DNA of 64,000 nucleotides, taken from NCBI GenBank assembly GCA_965208575.1, contig CBDBOV010000006.1, forward strand, positions 461,984-525,983, written 5' to 3'. The position numbers were made by a program, and so were the translations under genes. Of the stretch, positions 31,507 through 41,474 are shown in pieces (positions within the stretch are counted from its first letter, which is position 1; every line of letters starts with the position of its first letter). Source of the DNA: Spirochaetia bacterium. Lineage in GTDB: Bacteria; Spirochaetota; Spirochaetia; SZUA-6; Bin103. The notes under the pieces were generated by a model. That model was not told the DNA's origin, did no database searches, and worked only from the letters and a program-made list of their open reading frames with translations.

Positions 31507-32369
31507 CTACGAGCCGGAGCGATCCATGCGCGCAAGGAACTCGGCAATCGTGGCGCAGTCCACGATCCACTCTCCGGTTTCGGCGAGACGATCCGCGTCC
31601 GTCACTTCAGCAAGCACCGTCGCCAGCCGCTCCGCCGCCGCCGGGCCGAACCGCCGCTCCGCCAAGCGGCGCAACAACGCCTTCTCCCGCTCGATACCCT
31701 GCTCGATACCCTGCTCGATACCCTGCTCGATACCCTGCTCGATACCCTGCTCGATACCCCGCTCGATGCCCCGCTCGATGCCCCGCTCGATGCCCTGCTC
31801 GATGCCCTGCTCGATGCCCTGCTCCAGGATTTCCGCTCCCCAGCGATCAATCTTTTCCGCCAACACTGCACTTGCCTCCTCGTACTCGCGGATCGATGGC
31901 AACTCCACGCCCCACTTCCGCCCCAGGGCGCCGAGCCACAGGTCAAAGGTCCTCGTCAGCCCCGGCTCGCCTGCCTCGGCGAGCCATTCACCCAACTCCC
32001 GCACCCGCTCCGGCAGAGCCCCGACCTGCACGCTCTGCTCCACTTCCGCCACCCACCGTAGCAGGTTCGTCCGTGGCAGATCATCCCCTCTCACCGCCGC
32101 CAGATCAAGCACCTCGTAGCTCAGCGCCAGATGCGCGGCACCGTCCTGCTCCGTCCGCTCCACCAGCCCGGCGAGCGTTACCGGCGCGTCCCACCGTCTA
32201 TCACCATTGTACACGACCACGTGCAACACCGGGTCCGCCGTGTCGCTCTTGCTCCACTTGGTGCGGTCATGGTACAGCCGCTGGTACAGCAGGCTCGTGT
32301 AGTTCAGGAACCGCAACGGCATCGAGTAGTCCACGCTCGACTGATGCTCGATCACCACGTGCAGCGTGT
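31507..32369 (-). pseudogene. Rpn/YhgA-like nuclease copy R2, 3' part (split by a transposon)
   Basis: ORF 31507..32358 starts inside the nuclease core (VIEHQSSVDYSMPLRF). Collinear with R4 up to the CGTGT target duplication. Confidence 0.85.
31688..31823. repeat. 12-bp in-frame tandem repeat in R2, about 11 units
   Basis: The protein reads EQGIx3, ERGIx3, EQGIx5. Two DNA unit variants are present (gatacc and gatgcc types). Confidence 0.9.
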
Positions 32370-32525
32370 TGTCGGCTCTCAGATTGATCTGAGCGGAATG
32401 GGGGCGGACGTCTCACGATCGACTGGAGTGGAGGACGGGAGAGTCGAGGTAAACTGACCAGAAAAACAGGGTAGCTGCCCCAGGTGATGAGAACCGGACA
32501 GCTACCCTGAACTAAGGACAGCCGA

Positions 32526-33137
32526 TTGGTACTCCATCTGGCGGTTGATTTCAAGAGACTTCAGGAACAGGGCAAGGAGTATCGGTGGCCGCGGCCGGAG
32601 CGCTGCCTGGAGTGCGGTCGGAGGCGGCCGTGGGGCCATGGCTATGTCGGACGGTGCTTCGATGGCTGCGGCGAGCCGCTGTGGATGAAGCGCTACCGGT
32701 GTCCGGACTGCGGGACCGTGTACACGCTGCGACCGGACAGCCACTACCGCGGGTTCTGGGCGCCGTGGCGAGTGATTCTGGTAGCCCTGCTGGGCAAGCT
32801 GAAGGGTGGTCGCTGGATCGCGCGGGTGAGCCGACAGCGGCAGCAGTACTGGCGCCAGGGGTTGCGCCGGCAGTTGTTGCTGGAGGGGGTGACCGCGGTG
32901 AGCCGGCCGGGCCAGGTTGCGGCCAGTGCGCTGAAGGCGCTGGTGGTGCGGTTGATCATCGTCAGTACGCATTCGGTGAGCTACCGCCAGATACGGCGAG
33001 TGGATGCCGCCCCCGAGTTGGTGCTGGCGGTGCCGGTGGTGGGCTTTGCGGGACACCTTGATGGCGTCGGGAGCACAGCAGACAGCGCCCTGAAGGAGCC
33101 AGGGAATGAGCCGACACCCAGTCACGGGGCACGATGA
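32526..33137 (+). CDS. Zinc-ribbon protein of the transposon (possibly DUF6431-like)
   Basis: CLECGRRRPWGHGYVGRCF...YRCPDCGTVYTLRP, i.e. two CxxC pairs. The family assignment is from memory only. Confidence 0.45.
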   Translation: MVLHLAVDFKRLQEQGKEYRWPRPERCLECGRRRPWGHGYVGRCFDGCGEPLWMKRYRCPDCGTVYTLRPDSHYRGFWAPWRVILVALLGKLKGGRWIARVSRQRQQYWRQGLRRQLLLEGVTAVSRPGQVAASALKALVVRLIIVSTHSVSYRQIRRVDAAPELVLAVPVVGFAGHLDGVGSTADSALKEPGNEPTPSHGAR

Positions 33138-33418
33138 GCACGGTGCTGGTCGCGGGGTGCCGGCTCAGACCGGGCAAGTGGCTGGTGAGCAGTGCAGGAG
33201 GACGCCGCCGCGGTGCTGGCGAGCGCCTTTGGCGCTTGGGTGGCTGTCCGGGCGACGCTGCGGGCAGGGCGCTGGTGGCGCGGCTGATCATGATCGGAGC
33301 GGAGAAAATAACGCGAACTGGCGCCTGGGTGACCCCAAGCCTACCGGATCTTTGCGGTGATCGGCGAACCAATGGGGAGCAAATTGATGCCACCAACACC
33401 CCAGGAGGTTCCTCGATC

Positions 33419-34735
33419 ATGGAGGAAGAGAAGAAAAAGCGGATCGCGTTGTTCCGGTTCGGTGTGATCGCCGGCCTGATCGGGTATGCGAAGCTCGACC
33501 AGGGCAAGCGCGAGGCGCGCATCAAGGACCTGGCGGAGCAGGAATGGAAGATCCCATTCTCGCTGCGCAGTTCGATCAGCCGGTCGACGATCCGCGACTG
33601 GCTGCGGCGTTACGAGCACAGCGGCAAGAAACTGGAGAGCCTGTTCCCGAAGGACCGCGCGGACGCCGGCGTGGGGCGCAGCATCGATCCCGAGACCGAG
33701 TTGGCACTGGTCAATCTCCGGCGTGAACTGGCACAGGCGTCGTTGTCAGTGGTGCTGCAGGTGGCGCGCCGCCGCAATCTCCTGCCGCCCGACTTCGCAG
33801 CCTCACGGCAAAGCATCTACCGATTGTTCCGGCGCCATGGTCTGCACCGGCAGCGGCCCGCGACGCAGGACCGGCGGCGCTTCGAAGCGGAACTGCCGAA
33901 CGACTTGTGGCAAGCGGATTGCATGCACGGCCCGCGCGTGAAAAGCGACGGCAAGCTGCGCAAGACGTTTCTGTTCGCCTGCATCGATGATCACTCGCGG
34001 CTCATCACCGGCGCCCGCTTCTATCTGCGTGAAAACATCGACTGTTTCCAGGACTGCCTGCTGCGGGCGCTCGAAACGCGCGGTCTGCCACGCAAACTGT
34101 ATGTCGATAACGGCCCCAGCTTTCGCTCCCAACGACTCAGTTACGCCTGTGCATCGCTGGGCATAGCGCTCCTCTTCGCGACCCCATACACGCCCCAGGG
34201 AAAGGGTAAAATCGAGCGCTATTTCCGCACCATACGCACCCAGATGCTGCCTCTGGTCAGCGATCACGATACCCTCGAGCAGCTCAACGCCCAGCTTGCC
34301 GAGTGGCTCGACCACAGCTACCATCAGCGGCTTCACTCCAGCACCGGGGAGCAGCCCCTGCAGCGCTATCTGCGCCACCTGGAACTGCTGCGGCCTGCGC
34401 CCCAGAATGTGCGTGACCACTTCCGCACCATGGTGCGCCGCAAGGTCGACAAGGATCGTGCCGTCGCCCTCTACGGCAAGCTCTACGAAGCGCCGGTGGG
34501 GCTCATCGGGAACACCGTCAACCTGCTCTATCATGAGGCTGATCCGTCCCGCATCGAGGTGTTCTTCGAAGATCGCTCTTACGGCTTCCTCAGTGAGTTG
34601 AACCCCCACGTCAACAGCCGCGTGCGCCGCATCAGCGGCCATGAGACCGAGCTCGAGCCGGCGCCGGAGCCGCCCGCTGATGACCCCCAGCCCGGCCCCC
34701 GCGGCGGCCAGCTGTTCGAGGAGTCCGACCGATGA
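33419..34735 (+). CDS. DDE transposase/integrase (rve; Mu-A/TniA/TnsB-like)
   Basis: ATG 33419 behind AGGAGG, inside ORF 33134..34735. WQADCMHGP...FACIDDHSRLI...LYVDNGPSFRS...TPQGKGKIERYFRT gives D, D, E contexts. Confidence 0.8.
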   Translation: MEEEKKKRIALFRFGVIAGLIGYAKLDQGKREARIKDLAEQEWKIPFSLRSSISRSTIRDWLRRYEHSGKKLESLFPKDRADAGVGRSIDPETELALVNLRRELAQASLSVVLQVARRRNLLPPDFAASRQSIYRLFRRHGLHRQRPATQDRRRFEAELPNDLWQADCMHGPRVKSDGKLRKTFLFACIDDHSRLITGARFYLRENIDCFQDCLLRALETRGLPRKLYVDNGPSFRSQRLSYACASLGIALLFATPYTPQGKGKIERYFRTIRTQMLPLVSDHDTLEQLNAQLAEWLDHSYHQRLHSSTGEQPLQRYLRHLELLRPAPQNVRDHFRTMVRRKVDKDRAVALYGKLYEAPVGLIGNTVNLLYHEADPSRIEVFFEDRSYGFLSELNPHVNSRVRRISGHETELEPAPEPPADDPQPGPRGGQLFEESDR

Positions 34736-35562
34736 TCGACCTCAGACATGCCTTCGGTTTCCAACGCGATCCGTTCCCCCAGGACGTCCCGATCAACGGT
34801 CTGTACCCGATCCCGGGCCTGAAAGCGCTCACCGAGCGCTTTCAGTATGCCCTCGGGCTCGGCCTCATCACCGTCATCACCGGCGAGGTGGGAGCGGGAA
34901 AATCCACTTCCCTGCGCCATGTCACGAGCACCCTGCACCCCGCCGAATACCGTCTCCTGGCGGTCATCGCCACCACCGGCACGCTGCTCGACCTGCTGCG
35001 CCAGATCTGCCTGGAGATGGGCACCCCCCCGCGCTCCTCACTGGCCGTCCTCAGCCGCACCGTGCGCGACCTGCTGACCGACATCAGGCGCAAGAAGCAG
35101 ACCCCGTTGCTGGTCGTCGACGAGGCACATCTGCTCCGCTTCGAGGTGTTCGCACAGCTCCACACTCTCACTCAGTTCGCCTTCGATTCGCAGACCTTGA
35201 TGCCGATGGTGCTGGCCGGCCAGAGCAGCCTGCTTGACCGCCTGTTGTTCCATACCTCGCGCCCGCTCGCCTCACGGGTCGTGGGCCGCAGCCACCTCGA
35301 TGCTCTCTCCCTTGATGACATGCGCGGCTACCTCGACCACCATCTGCAGCTCGCCGCCGGGCGGGACACCCAGTCCGCCACAGCGCGGCGCAGCGCCGAC
35401 CTGCTCAGCGACGAAGCCGCCGTCGCCATCCATCAGGGCTCCGGCGGGCTCCTGCGGCGCGCCAATCATCTCGCCCGCGGCGCCCTCATGGCGGCCGCTC
35501 GCGAGCATTGCTCGGTGGTCGCCGCCGAGCATGTCCGGCTCGCTGCCACCGAGATTCTGTAG
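34732..35562 (+). CDS. AAA ATPase, ExeA/TniB-like transposition helper
   Basis: Walker A ITGEVGAGKSTS, Walker B LLVVDEAHLL. The start overlaps the transposase stop (ATGA). Confidence 0.8.
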   Translation: MIDLRHAFGFQRDPFPQDVPINGLYPIPGLKALTERFQYALGLGLITVITGEVGAGKSTSLRHVTSTLHPAEYRLLAVIATTGTLLDLLRQICLEMGTPPRSSLAVLSRTVRDLLTDIRRKKQTPLLVVDEAHLLRFEVFAQLHTLTQFAFDSQTLMPMVLAGQSSLLDRLLFHTSRPLASRVVGRSHLDALSLDDMRGYLDHHLQLAAGRDTQSATARRSADLLSDEAAVAIHQGSGGLLRRANHLARGALMAAAREHCSVVAAEHVRLAATEIL

Positions 35563-35571
35563 GTCGGTTCC

Positions 35572-35886
35572 GTGATCAACGTCGCTATCAGAAAAATCGC
35601 CGGCAGCGACCGCGAATACTTCGCCTACGCCAGGACGTTCGCCGGTCGCGCCACCTACTTCGTGTATTTCCGTGATGACATCTGGGGCGCCATGGTGCTG
35701 CACAACTTCACCGACATGCTGCGCGCCGTGTTCCAGAACTCACCCGTCAAGCTGACTCTCGTCGAACAGGAACTCTCTCTCAAACATCCTGCCGTTCTCG
35801 GCTTCCTGAGACAATCTCCTGAGGACCCCTCAGCACCACCGACAGGAGATCTCGCCCGCGGCCACCGGCAACCCGGTGCAGAATAA
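35572..35886 (+). CDS. Hypothetical 104-aa protein, last ORF of the transposon
   Basis: GTG-initiated ORF only. No recognisable motif. Its position inside the element is the only support. Confidence 0.3.
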   Translation: MINVAIRKIAGSDREYFAYARTFAGRATYFVYFRDDIWGAMVLHNFTDMLRAVFQNSPVKLTLVEQELSLKHPAVLGFLRQSPEDPSAPPTGDLARGHRQPGAE

Positions 35887-35940
35887 TATGGTGTCCAGAT
35901 TACCGTGCGAAAAAACAGCAGAATTACGTGAGACCCAACA

Positions 35941-36165
35941 CGTGTGCACGCCGCCGCGCCCGTCGCGCCGGTCGATCGACCACACCACGTCACCGAGCCG
36001 CCGCCGCAACTCGTCGGTGACGTTCTCGGTGGGGCCTTCGCGCAGGGTGTCGAAGTCGAACGCGCCGGCCCATCCCGACGGCCGCTGCGGGGCGATGAAC
36101 CCGATGAGCAAGTCCTTGACGATGCGTTGGTGTGTGAGCAGGCGTTTGTACGCGGGGTCGTCCAT
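35941..36165 (-). pseudogene. Rpn/YhgA-like nuclease copy R2, 5' part
   Basis: MDDPAYKRLLTHQRIVKDLLIGFIAPQRPSGW...SIDRRDGRGGVH, then the transposon junction. Confidence 0.85.
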
Positions 36166-36380
36166 GATTCTCTGCCGGTGGCCGCACCATCGCAACGACG
36201 CCGCGCCATTCGGCGGGGGATTCTAACCTGACGACCTGCGGGGCGGTAGCGCGTCGCGTGAGGTGCGTGAGGTGATGGTTGTCGGGGCGTTGACGATGGC
36301 GAACGCGACCGTATCCGCGCAGACAGGGCAGCCGATTGTCGGAAAACACATTCGTGAGCCAAGTGTCCGGCGGGCCGGAT

Positions 36381-37153
36381 TCAGTGCGATCGTTCCAGCT
36401 TCTGCAGTCCTACCAGCGTCACCACTGGGATCAGCGCGTTCTTGATCACGTGGCGCAGGATCACCAGCCGCTCGCGCAGGCCCTTGGCCCAGGCGGTGCG
36501 AATGTAGTCCTGCCGCAGCACCTCCAGCATCATGGTGCGGGTCATGCGCATGGTGCTGGCTGCCAGGTAGGTGCCCAGGATCAGGCCCGGCACGATGAAC
36601 ATGCTCAAGTGGCGCACCGGGTCGTCGCTCAGCCGCAACGGCGGCGACCACGCCCACCAGATGGCCGGAAACACCAGGATGATGGTGGCCAGCCAGAAGT
36701 TGGGCGTGGCCAGTCCAAAGATGGCGAAGGAGCGCCCCACGTAGTCTCCCACCGTGTCCTGCCGCACCGCCGAGTAGATGCCGATCGGCACCCCGATCAG
36801 GAGCCCCAAGATCACCGCCACCAAGCCCAATTCGATGGTGGCCGGAGCCGGCCGGCGATCAGCTCGCCGACCGGCTCCGGCCGCAGCATCGGCGTGCCCA
36901 GATCGCCGCGCAGCAGCAGGATGCCGCCCATCCAGCGGCCGTACTGCACGTGTACGGGCACATCCAGCCCCAGCCGCCGCTCCAGCTCCGGGCGGTCGAT
37001 TCCGCTACCGCCACCTGATGTCATCACCATCCTCGACAGGAGGATGTCGATAGCATCGCCGGGTATGAACCGCACGGACAGGAACACCAGAATCGTCAGC
37101 AAGAAGAAGGTGGGAATCAGCAGCAGGACGCGGCGGACGACGTACGCTCTCAT
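36381..37153 (-). pseudogene. DppB-like permease (cassette 3): frameshifted and fused at its middle to the last 6 codons of a DppC-like permease
   Basis: The N-terminal part is in ORF 36812..37153 and the rest in ORF 36381..36830, a different frame. The sequence ends ...VVTLVGLQ|KLERSH*, so the distal third of permB and all of permC are missing. Confidence 0.8.
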
Positions 37154-37287
37154 GTCGACTCAGATGCCATGTCTCGGTGTTGCTCTGTAGTTCTACTCAG
37201 AATGAGCGAGCTGAGGGGTCGCGCGCATGGAACGCGCACGACCCCCCAGCTCGCTTCTACGGGTCAATTGCCCGCGGGGCGATTGAA

Positions 37288-39072
37288 TCAGCCGCCAAGC
37301 TCCCGCTTCAGATCCTGGTCGATCCACAGATACTGGAAGACGTCAGTGCGGTTCATTGAGCCGAGATCGCCTTCTCCGTTGTAGCCCTTGATCCACGGCT
37401 GGGTCGCACCGAACAGGGGAGCAATCGGCCCCCTGATAGTCCACAGCTGCTCAATCACCCGCATGTCGGCCTTCCGCACCCACTCCTTCTGCTCCTCTAT
37501 GGTGGTAGCGGCCAGCGCGTTCTCGTAGTACTCGTCGAATTCGGGGTCGCTGACGTTCGAGGGACGCCAGCCGTTCTTCGTCCAGTATGCCGCGATCGCG
37601 CCCGGGGCACTGGGATACTCGGCTGCCCATACCTCATTTCGCAGGCCAAGGTAGGTATGATTCAGGGCCTTGTCGACAAATTCTGCGCGAGTAACCTGCT
37701 GGATCTCGACGTCGATGCCGATCTGCCTGAGGTAATCCATGGCGATCTGGTAGTAGCCTAAGTCGGTGAACTCGTAGTGCTCATAGATGGTCTTGAAGCG
37801 AACACCGTCCGCGCCGCGCGGATAGCCGGCCTCGTCGAGCAAATTCTCGGCCGCTTCGGGGTCATACCGATAGTACTGCTTGACGTCCTCGGGCCACTCC
37901 TCATACGGCATGAAATACCCGAGCACCGCTTTGCCAACCCCGCCCACCGGGCTCGGGTCGCCCCAACCCTGCATGTAGTTCTCGGCGATGGACTCCTGGT
38001 CGATGGCCATGCTGAGGGCCTGGCGCACGCGGATGTCGCTCCAGGGCTCCTTCTGGTTGTCGAAATTGAACGCCGTTTCCGACCGATAGGCAAAGGGGTG
38101 GAGCACCAGGTTGGGGTTGGTCTCCTGCAGACTCACCGCCGCATCTACACTGCTCAGATGTGAGCCGAGCCCGAACCCAGTGAAATCCGCCTGTCCGGAG
38201 CGCATCAGTGAGGTGATGGCCGCCGGGTCGTTGACGATGAGGAACTCGACCCTGTCCGCGTAGGGCAGGCGATTGGAGGGATACTTCGGGTCGAAACCCC
38301 AGTAATCGTCGACCTTGGTGTAGGTCCAGGAGCTGCCCTCCAGCACGTCGGTCAGCTGGTAGGGCCCCGTTCCGGTCACGTTGCGCCAGTCTTGGATGTC
38401 CCCGAATTGGTCGACCACCTCGCGGGCGACGATGATCGTTGGCGCATCCCTGAGTATGCTGCCGAGGGCGAGGAGACTGGGCTCTTTCAGCTTGAACTCC
38501 ACGGTGAAATCGTCGGTAGCGGTAACCGCATCAAAAGAGATCTTTAAAAGATCTGCGCCCCCCGCGACATCCGGGGTCGGCTCGTGGCCATCCAAGCCAA
38601 GGATCCGGTCGAAACTGTAGGCGACATCGTGCGCCGTAAGCTGCCGGCCGTTCACCGGCGCCTTGTCGTGCCAGAACACGCCGTCGCGGATCTTGAATAC
38701 GTAGGTGAGAGGATCCGGATTCTCCCAGCTCTCGGCCAGTAGTCCGGTGAGGGCTTCGAGGGGCAGGAATGTCGTGGTATAGCCGACCACGCTCCGGTCG
38801 ATTGCCCAGTCGCCGCGGCCCAATTTCTCGTTGACCAGCCCGATCCAGAATCCCGCCGTGTAGCGGTAATAGGGGTCGAGCCCCTCGTTCTTGAAGTTCG
38901 CGACCGCTCTGATCGTGCCGCCATACTCGGGCGCGGTGACCATCTCGCCGGTGCTCGGGTCAAGCACCATCTCCTTCTCCGCGGCGGATGCTTCCTCGCC
39001 CTCGGCGGCGGCGAACGTAACGGTAGCCACCAGCGCGAACACCAGCGGCAGCAATAGGAGTCGTGGAGTCAT
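37288..39072 (-). CDS. ABC transporter substrate-binding protein, family 5 (cassette 3)
   Basis: Internal ATG 39072 of ORF 37288..39177. MTPRLLLLPLVFALVATVTFAAAEGEEASAAEKEMVLDPSTGEMV. Confidence 0.85.
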   Translation of the reverse strand: MTPRLLLLPLVFALVATVTFAAAEGEEASAAEKEMVLDPSTGEMVTAPEYGGTIRAVANFKNEGLDPYYRYTAGFWIGLVNEKLGRGDWAIDRSVVGYTTTFLPLEALTGLLAESWENPDPLTYVFKIRDGVFWHDKAPVNGRQLTAHDVAYSFDRILGLDGHEPTPDVAGGADLLKISFDAVTATDDFTVEFKLKEPSLLALGSILRDAPTIIVAREVVDQFGDIQDWRNVTGTGPYQLTDVLEGSSWTYTKVDDYWGFDPKYPSNRLPYADRVEFLIVNDPAAITSLMRSGQADFTGFGLGSHLSSVDAAVSLQETNPNLVLHPFAYRSETAFNFDNQKEPWSDIRVRQALSMAIDQESIAENYMQGWGDPSPVGGVGKAVLGYFMPYEEWPEDVKQYYRYDPEAAENLLDEAGYPRGADGVRFKTIYEHYEFTDLGYYQIAMDYLRQIGIDVEIQQVTRAEFVDKALNHTYLGLRNEVWAAEYPSAPGAIAAYWTKNGWRPSNVSDPEFDEYYENALAATTIEEQKEWVRKADMRVIEQLWTIRGPIAPLFGATQPWIKGYNGEGDLGSMNRTDVFQYLWIDQDLKRELGG

Positions 39073-39311
39073 AGCGTAACTCCTCCTCGTTTTCGGGAGC
39101 GGGACGGCGTCCCGTGCCCGTGTTCCTGGACCGGAAACTCCGGCCTCGTCGAATGGTCCTGGTAGTCGTTGTCGCACCCAAGGGCGCCGCGAGCGCCGCC
39201 TCGGATGGGAGTGGTGCGATGGGTGTGGATATGAGCGGGAGCCGCTACGTCGTTAGCGGCGCGGATGGCGACAGAGTGGTGGACGTGGCTCGGTGAGTGG
39301 AGAGAGCGGTC
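39073..39311 (-). promoter_or_regulatory. Conserved SBP leader, copy L3, truncated (no promoter or MKRD part)
   Basis: Matches the other leaders up to ...gagagagcggtc, then joins the 3' flank of Rpn copy R3. Confidence 0.5.
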
Positions 39312-39353
39312 GCGAGCGGATACGCGCAGGAGAACTGCTTTGGCGTGGCCGGG

Positions 39354-40007
39354 CCAAGAGCCGGAGCGATCGATGCGCGCAAGGAACTCGGCAATCGTGG
39401 CGCAGTCCACGATCCACTCTCCGGTTTCGGCGAGACGATCCGCGTCCGTCACTTCAGCAAGCACCGTCGCCAGCCGCTCCGCCGCCGCTGGGCCGAACCG
39501 CCGCTCCGCCAAGCGGCGCAACAACGCCCTCTGCCGCTCGATGCCCTGCTCCAGGATTTCCGCTCCCCAGCGATCAATCTTTTCCGCCAACACTGCGCTT
39601 GCCTCCTTGTACTCGCGGATCGATGGCAACTCCACGCCCCACTTCCGTCCCAGGGCGCCGAGCCACAGGTCAAACGTCCTCGTCAGCCCCGGCTCGCCAG
39701 CCTCGGCGAGCCACTCACCCAACTCCCTCACGCGCTCTGGCAGAGCCCCGGCCTGCACGCTCTGCTCCACTTCCGCCACCCACCGTAGCAGGTTCGTCCG
39801 TGGCAGATCATCCCCTCTCACCGCCACAGATCAAGCACCTCGTATCTCAGCGCCAGATGCGCGGCGCCGTCCTCCTCCGCCCTCGCCAGCAGCCCGGCGA
39901 ACGTCACCGGCGCGTCCCACCGTCTGTCACCATTGTACACGACCACGTGCAACACCGGGTCCGCCGTGTCGCTCTTGCTCCACTTGGTGCGGTCATGGTA
40001 CAGCCGC
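39354..40007 (-). pseudogene. Rpn/YhgA-like nuclease copy R3 (N-terminal deletion, frameshift near 39828, stop TAG changed to TGG)
   Basis: C-terminal part is in ORF 39069..39827 with a single EQGI unit. The middle part is in ORF 39818..40585. The 5' end is fused to the Rpn upstream spacer at about 40007. Confidence 0.75.
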
Positions 40008-40170
40008 GACCGTATTCGCGCAGACAGGGTAGCCGATTGTCGGAAAACACATTCGGTGAGCCAAGTGTCCGGCGGGCCGGATTCAGTGCGATCGTTCCAG
40101 CTTCCGCAGGGCATGTGCCGGGATCGAGCCGGGAATCTGTATCTGGTAGTCGATTGATCCGGTCCAAAGG

Positions 40171-40497
40171 CTAGCGGACCGCATGGACTCTGAGGTGAAG
40201 CCCTTCGCGTTTCTGAAGGCAGCCGATGACCTCGAACAGGTTGCGGGCCTGCGGATTGCCGTTGGGTCCGAACATCCGCATCAGGCTCTTCGGCGATTTG
40301 TCGGTCAACCCGCCAAGTTCCTGAAAGCCGATCGTTGCATTGATGTAGTCGCGGAGCACGACCTTGCCCGTATCCACATCGCCGGAAAGCAGGCAATCGA
40401 CCCCCTCTTTGAGCAGCTCCTCCCGGAAAGCCGGATCGCTCTCCATGCGTGCCTGAATTGTTTCCTTGAAGTCTCGTGTCAGGGACATGAGTCTCAC
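40171..40497 (-). CDS. HTH antitoxin partner of a Gp49/RelE-like toxin (HigA-like)
   Basis: [55 protein letters not shown]...[16 protein letters not shown]. The start could also be 40488. Confidence 0.65.
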   Translation of the reverse strand: MRLMSLTRDFKETIQARMESDPAFREELLKEGVDCLLSGDVDTGKVVLRDYINATIGFQELGGLTDKSPKSLMRMFGPNGNPQARNLFEVIGCLQKREGLHLRVHAVR

Positions 40498-40668
40498 CTC
40501 TCCCGCTGCTTGCGCCGCTTGTAGTCCCGCCAGATATCCTTGGCGGTTTCGATTGCCTGCTGCTGACGCTTCTTGGTTCCACCACCCAACAAGATGATCA
40601 CGGCATTTCCATCCTTACCAAAATAGACCCGGTAGCCGGGACCGAAGTCTATCCGGGATTCAAAGACT
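40494..40668 (-). pseudogene. C-terminal fragment of a Gp49-like/RelE-ParE-family addiction-module toxin
   Basis: [45 protein letters not shown]. The N-terminal ~50 aa are replaced by a permease fragment. Confidence 0.65.
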
Positions 40669-40758
40669 CTCCGCGATGATCGCCCAGCCGATGGTGATCG
40701 AGTAGACGATGATGATCGGCACCGTGATGTTGGGCCACACGTCGCGCAGCAGCGTCCG
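40669..40758 (-). pseudogene. Internal fragment of a DppC-like permease
   Basis: Matches permC2 around 21390..21480. Same upstream breakpoint (cgtccg|agcgctgggga) as the fragment ending at 45069. Confidence 0.7.
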
Positions 40759-40844
40759 AGCGCTGGGGACCACGCGCCGTTACTTCGCCAAGCCATACGC
40801 CGCCATCTTTGTACCAGTGGTAGTTGCCGGCAGCGCCTCCAAGG

Positions 40845-41075
40845 TCATGTCTCAAGAAACTCGTCCGGCCGGATGCCCGCTTGCCTGAGAATCGCTCTCA
40901 AAGTTCCTTCCGGTACATCGCCGGGGTGATTGGGAATGGTTGTCCGGGCTCTCGACACGGGGTTCCACCAGATCTCATGGCTTCCTTTGCAGTGCGATCG
41001 AACACAAACCCGCGTTCCCCCAATCGCTTGGTGATGTCTCGGTACGAGTACCCGGCGAGCCTCCCACTCAGGCAG
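40845..41075 (-). pseudogene. hicA: HicA-family toxin, frameshifted
   Basis: LSGRLAGYSYRDITKRLGERGFVFDRTAK is in one frame and GSHEIWWNPVSRARTTIPNHPGDVPEGTLRAILRQAGI in another. The switch is at gcaaagg, near 40985. No obvious start codon. Confidence 0.5.
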
Positions 41076-41310
41076 ACACGGCAACGTCGAGGTCGACCGA
41101 ACTGCCCATCCTGCGCAACCCATCGGGAATAGGATCATCGTGTTCTCGATACGACTCCAACAGCCTCCGCGCAACATCCTGGGCGATCTCGACTGTTTCT
41201 TGAACGGTCCTTCCCTGGGCGACCAGACCCGGAAGCTCCTGGGAGGTAGCCAGGTAGTTGCCGTTCTCGACCCGCTCAACGTGAAGCCGAACGGTGAACT
41301 GATCCGACAT
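41068..41310 (-). CDS. hicB: HicB-family antitoxin (copy 1)
   Basis: MSDQFTVRLHVERVENGNYLATSQELPGLVAQGRTVQETVEIAQDVARRLLES, 80 aa. Confidence 0.8.
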   Translation of the reverse strand: MSDQFTVRLHVERVENGNYLATSQELPGLVAQGRTVQETVEIAQDVARRLLESYREHDDPIPDGLRRMGSSVDLDVAVSA

Positions 41311-41421
41311 GGCAGAACCCATCATACCGCCAGTGAGACATCTGAACCAATGGGTCTCGCAGGACTTCGAGGCCAGCGCCAGCATGTCGGTGGAGACGAC
41401 TTCGGGTCTCGGCGCCAGAGC

Positions 41422-41449
41422 GAGGACCCCGCCCTTGAGCGGGGTCCTC
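41422..41449 (-). terminator. Perfect 11-bp-stem hairpin just downstream of SBP4
   Basis: GAGGACCCCGC-ccttga-GCGGGGTCCTC. A homologous hairpin lies between SBP6 and permB6 (54423..54450). No U-tract, so it may be an attenuator or mRNA stabiliser rather than a full terminator. Confidence 0.45.
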
Positions 41450-41474
41450 AAAAGAGATCGCGACGCGGATATCG

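Larger units (their letters stand above)
32370..35940 (+). mobile_element. Mu/Tn7/Tn552-superfamily-like transposon (3571 bp, four ORFs) inserted in Rpn copy R2
   Basis: Ends TGTCGGCTCTCAG... and ...CGTGAGACCCAACA (imperfect IR TGTYGGSTCTCA). 5-bp direct repeat CGTGT at 32365..32369 and 35941..35945. Removing the element plus one repeat recreates the R4 sequence cacgtgcagCGTGTgcacgcc. Confidence 0.85.
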
